A stretch of DNA of 64,000 nucleotides from Seison nebaliae (taxonomy: Eukaryota): NCBI GenBank assembly GCA_023231475.1, contig JALJEE010001441.1, forward strand, positions 62,001 to 126,000. Reading direction: 5' to 3'. The notes under the pieces are model-generated. The model was not told the origin of the DNA and did not search any database. It saw nothing but the letters and a program-made list of their open reading frames with translations. The first letter of the stretch is position 1. Every line of letters begins with the position of its first letter. Positions 62,650 through 64,000 of the stretch are shown here, piece after piece. The translations under genes and the position numbers were made by a program.

Positions 62650-64000
62650 TTATTGTAATTTAGGCATCTGAACTTTCTTCATATAACTATCGCTTGATAA
62701 TCCACTTTTATCCAAAGTTGTCGGAGTAGATTCATGAGTGCCTGCATTAGTGCTATCTTTCGACTTCGATCCAACATGATATAGAGCTACATCCATCACT
62801 TCGTTTATTAATTCTTTTTCACTTTTATCTTCCGAATCTCTCAATTTCTCCACTTCCAAACCGAGCATTTCATCGAAAAATGTATTACAATCAATTTGTT
62901 CAGGAAGTAGACTATCGATGATATTTTCTGAAATTTAAAATTAATTACGAAAACATTTATTTGAATATATAAAGAGACCTGCATTTTCTGTGGTTACCAC
63001 GTCCTGTTGTTCATCTTTTAAATGACGAAGAGCAATAAATGCATTCGCTAATTCAACATAAGTCATCGGTTCACCTTTCGTTGTCATTAGTTCGATGAAA
63101 TCCTGTCGTTTTATCGACATATCTCCACTTAACATATCGTCGAATGTCTGATCTCCGTTTCCGAAGACCAGATTGGCCGATTGAGATAGAACATCTGGAG
63201 TTAAACCGAATGAATCTCGATGATTCAAATAAAGTCTGATGAAGTTCGGTAGATTGATATGTTCCGTCAACATATTCGTCTGAGAGAAGTTCTCATATCG
63301 AACTTCGTTCAACATATTTTTAATTTCTTCTTCTGATGGATAATATCCGAGAGTTCTCAAAACGAATGGAATCTCTTCGATTGGAATTGTATTCCCAATA
63401 TTTCTTTCTTCGTCTACCATAATTGTTTGATTTCTCAATTGTGCAAAATAAAAGACATTTTCCAATTCTTTAAATAATTTCCCATTTCGACCACCATCCA
63501 TCAATAAGAGAAATGGTGATAATTCGTCTTCACCATAAACAGCTTTTTGAGCTTCTAAAGTTTGTGTGCAAACATTCCATTGATGAACAGATTCATCTTT
63601 ATGACCAGCAGTAAATACATAACGACCATCATAAGAACAAGCCACATTTGACACACGAGTTGGATGTGCTAAAACTGCACTGACATCATATGGATTTCCG
63701 ATTAACGGTAATCGTTGGATACCCAATTGATTTTTCGTAATAAAAATTATATAATTATTTTCCGATTCTTTCTCTGAATTACTCCCAAATCGTTGAGGCA
63801 AAGCTATAATTTTTTGGACAGGTGTCGAATAAGTTGGAGCTATGATGGTTTTCCGACATAGTTTTGTGAAACTGTTGAACATTTTAAATTTCCATTCATT
63901 ATTAGCAATCACTAAAAAATATTCACTTTTCTCTTTTTCGTGAACATCGTCAGCTCTCAAATTTCCTGGTAACCATTCCATACATATTGGAATAGCCGAT
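62650..64000 (-). CDS. CFAP251: Cilia- and flagella-associated protein 251 (WDR66), 3' part; 5' end lies outside the window
   Basis: LPLIGNPY…AHPTRVSNVACSYDGRYVFTAG, FYFAQLRNQ, IPFVLRTLGYYPSEEEIKNMLNEV, FIELMTTKGEPM. Intron at 62978-62928 (GTCTCT...TTTCAG). Confidence 0.88.

Noticed and set aside
1..64000. Alternative genetic code as the cause of fragmented ORFs
   Set aside because: Conserved genes translate correctly with the standard code once short introns are removed, and TAA, TAG and TGA all act as stops.
1..64000. tRNA, rRNA or U1 snRNA genes
   Set aside because: No cloverleaf, rRNA-like block or ATACTTACCTG/ATACTAACCTG 5' end noticed by eye; a covariance-model scan is needed to be sure.

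Overview
AT-rich, gene-dense eukaryotic DNA, almost certainly from an animal with a compact genome (it carries neprilysin, a SEPT6-group septin, RING1/RNF2, fukutin and CFAP251). The species cannot be determined from the window. Positions 1-11,000 have no recognisable coding sequence. The rest holds about 23 genes that I reconstructed by hand-splicing: four intronless orphan 7TM/GPCR-like paralogues with a dead MULE transposase among them, ACADM, COX19, an F-box/LRR gene, neprilysin, an ankyrin protein, NF-YA, RING1/RNF2, C1D, a Gln-rich protein, a septin, a fukutin-like gene, two PLAT-type membrane proteins, a Cys-rich secreted protein and the 3' part of CFAP251. The strongest signal is the splicing code. 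Introns are tiny (mostly 38-57 nt), and about 59 of 63 (manual count) start with GTT rather than canonical GTR. None starts with GTAAG, and most of the longest start with GTTAG(T). This points to a re-tuned 5' splice-site recognition system, possibly a variant U1 snRNA. All gene models are manual and were not checked against any database or RNA-seq.
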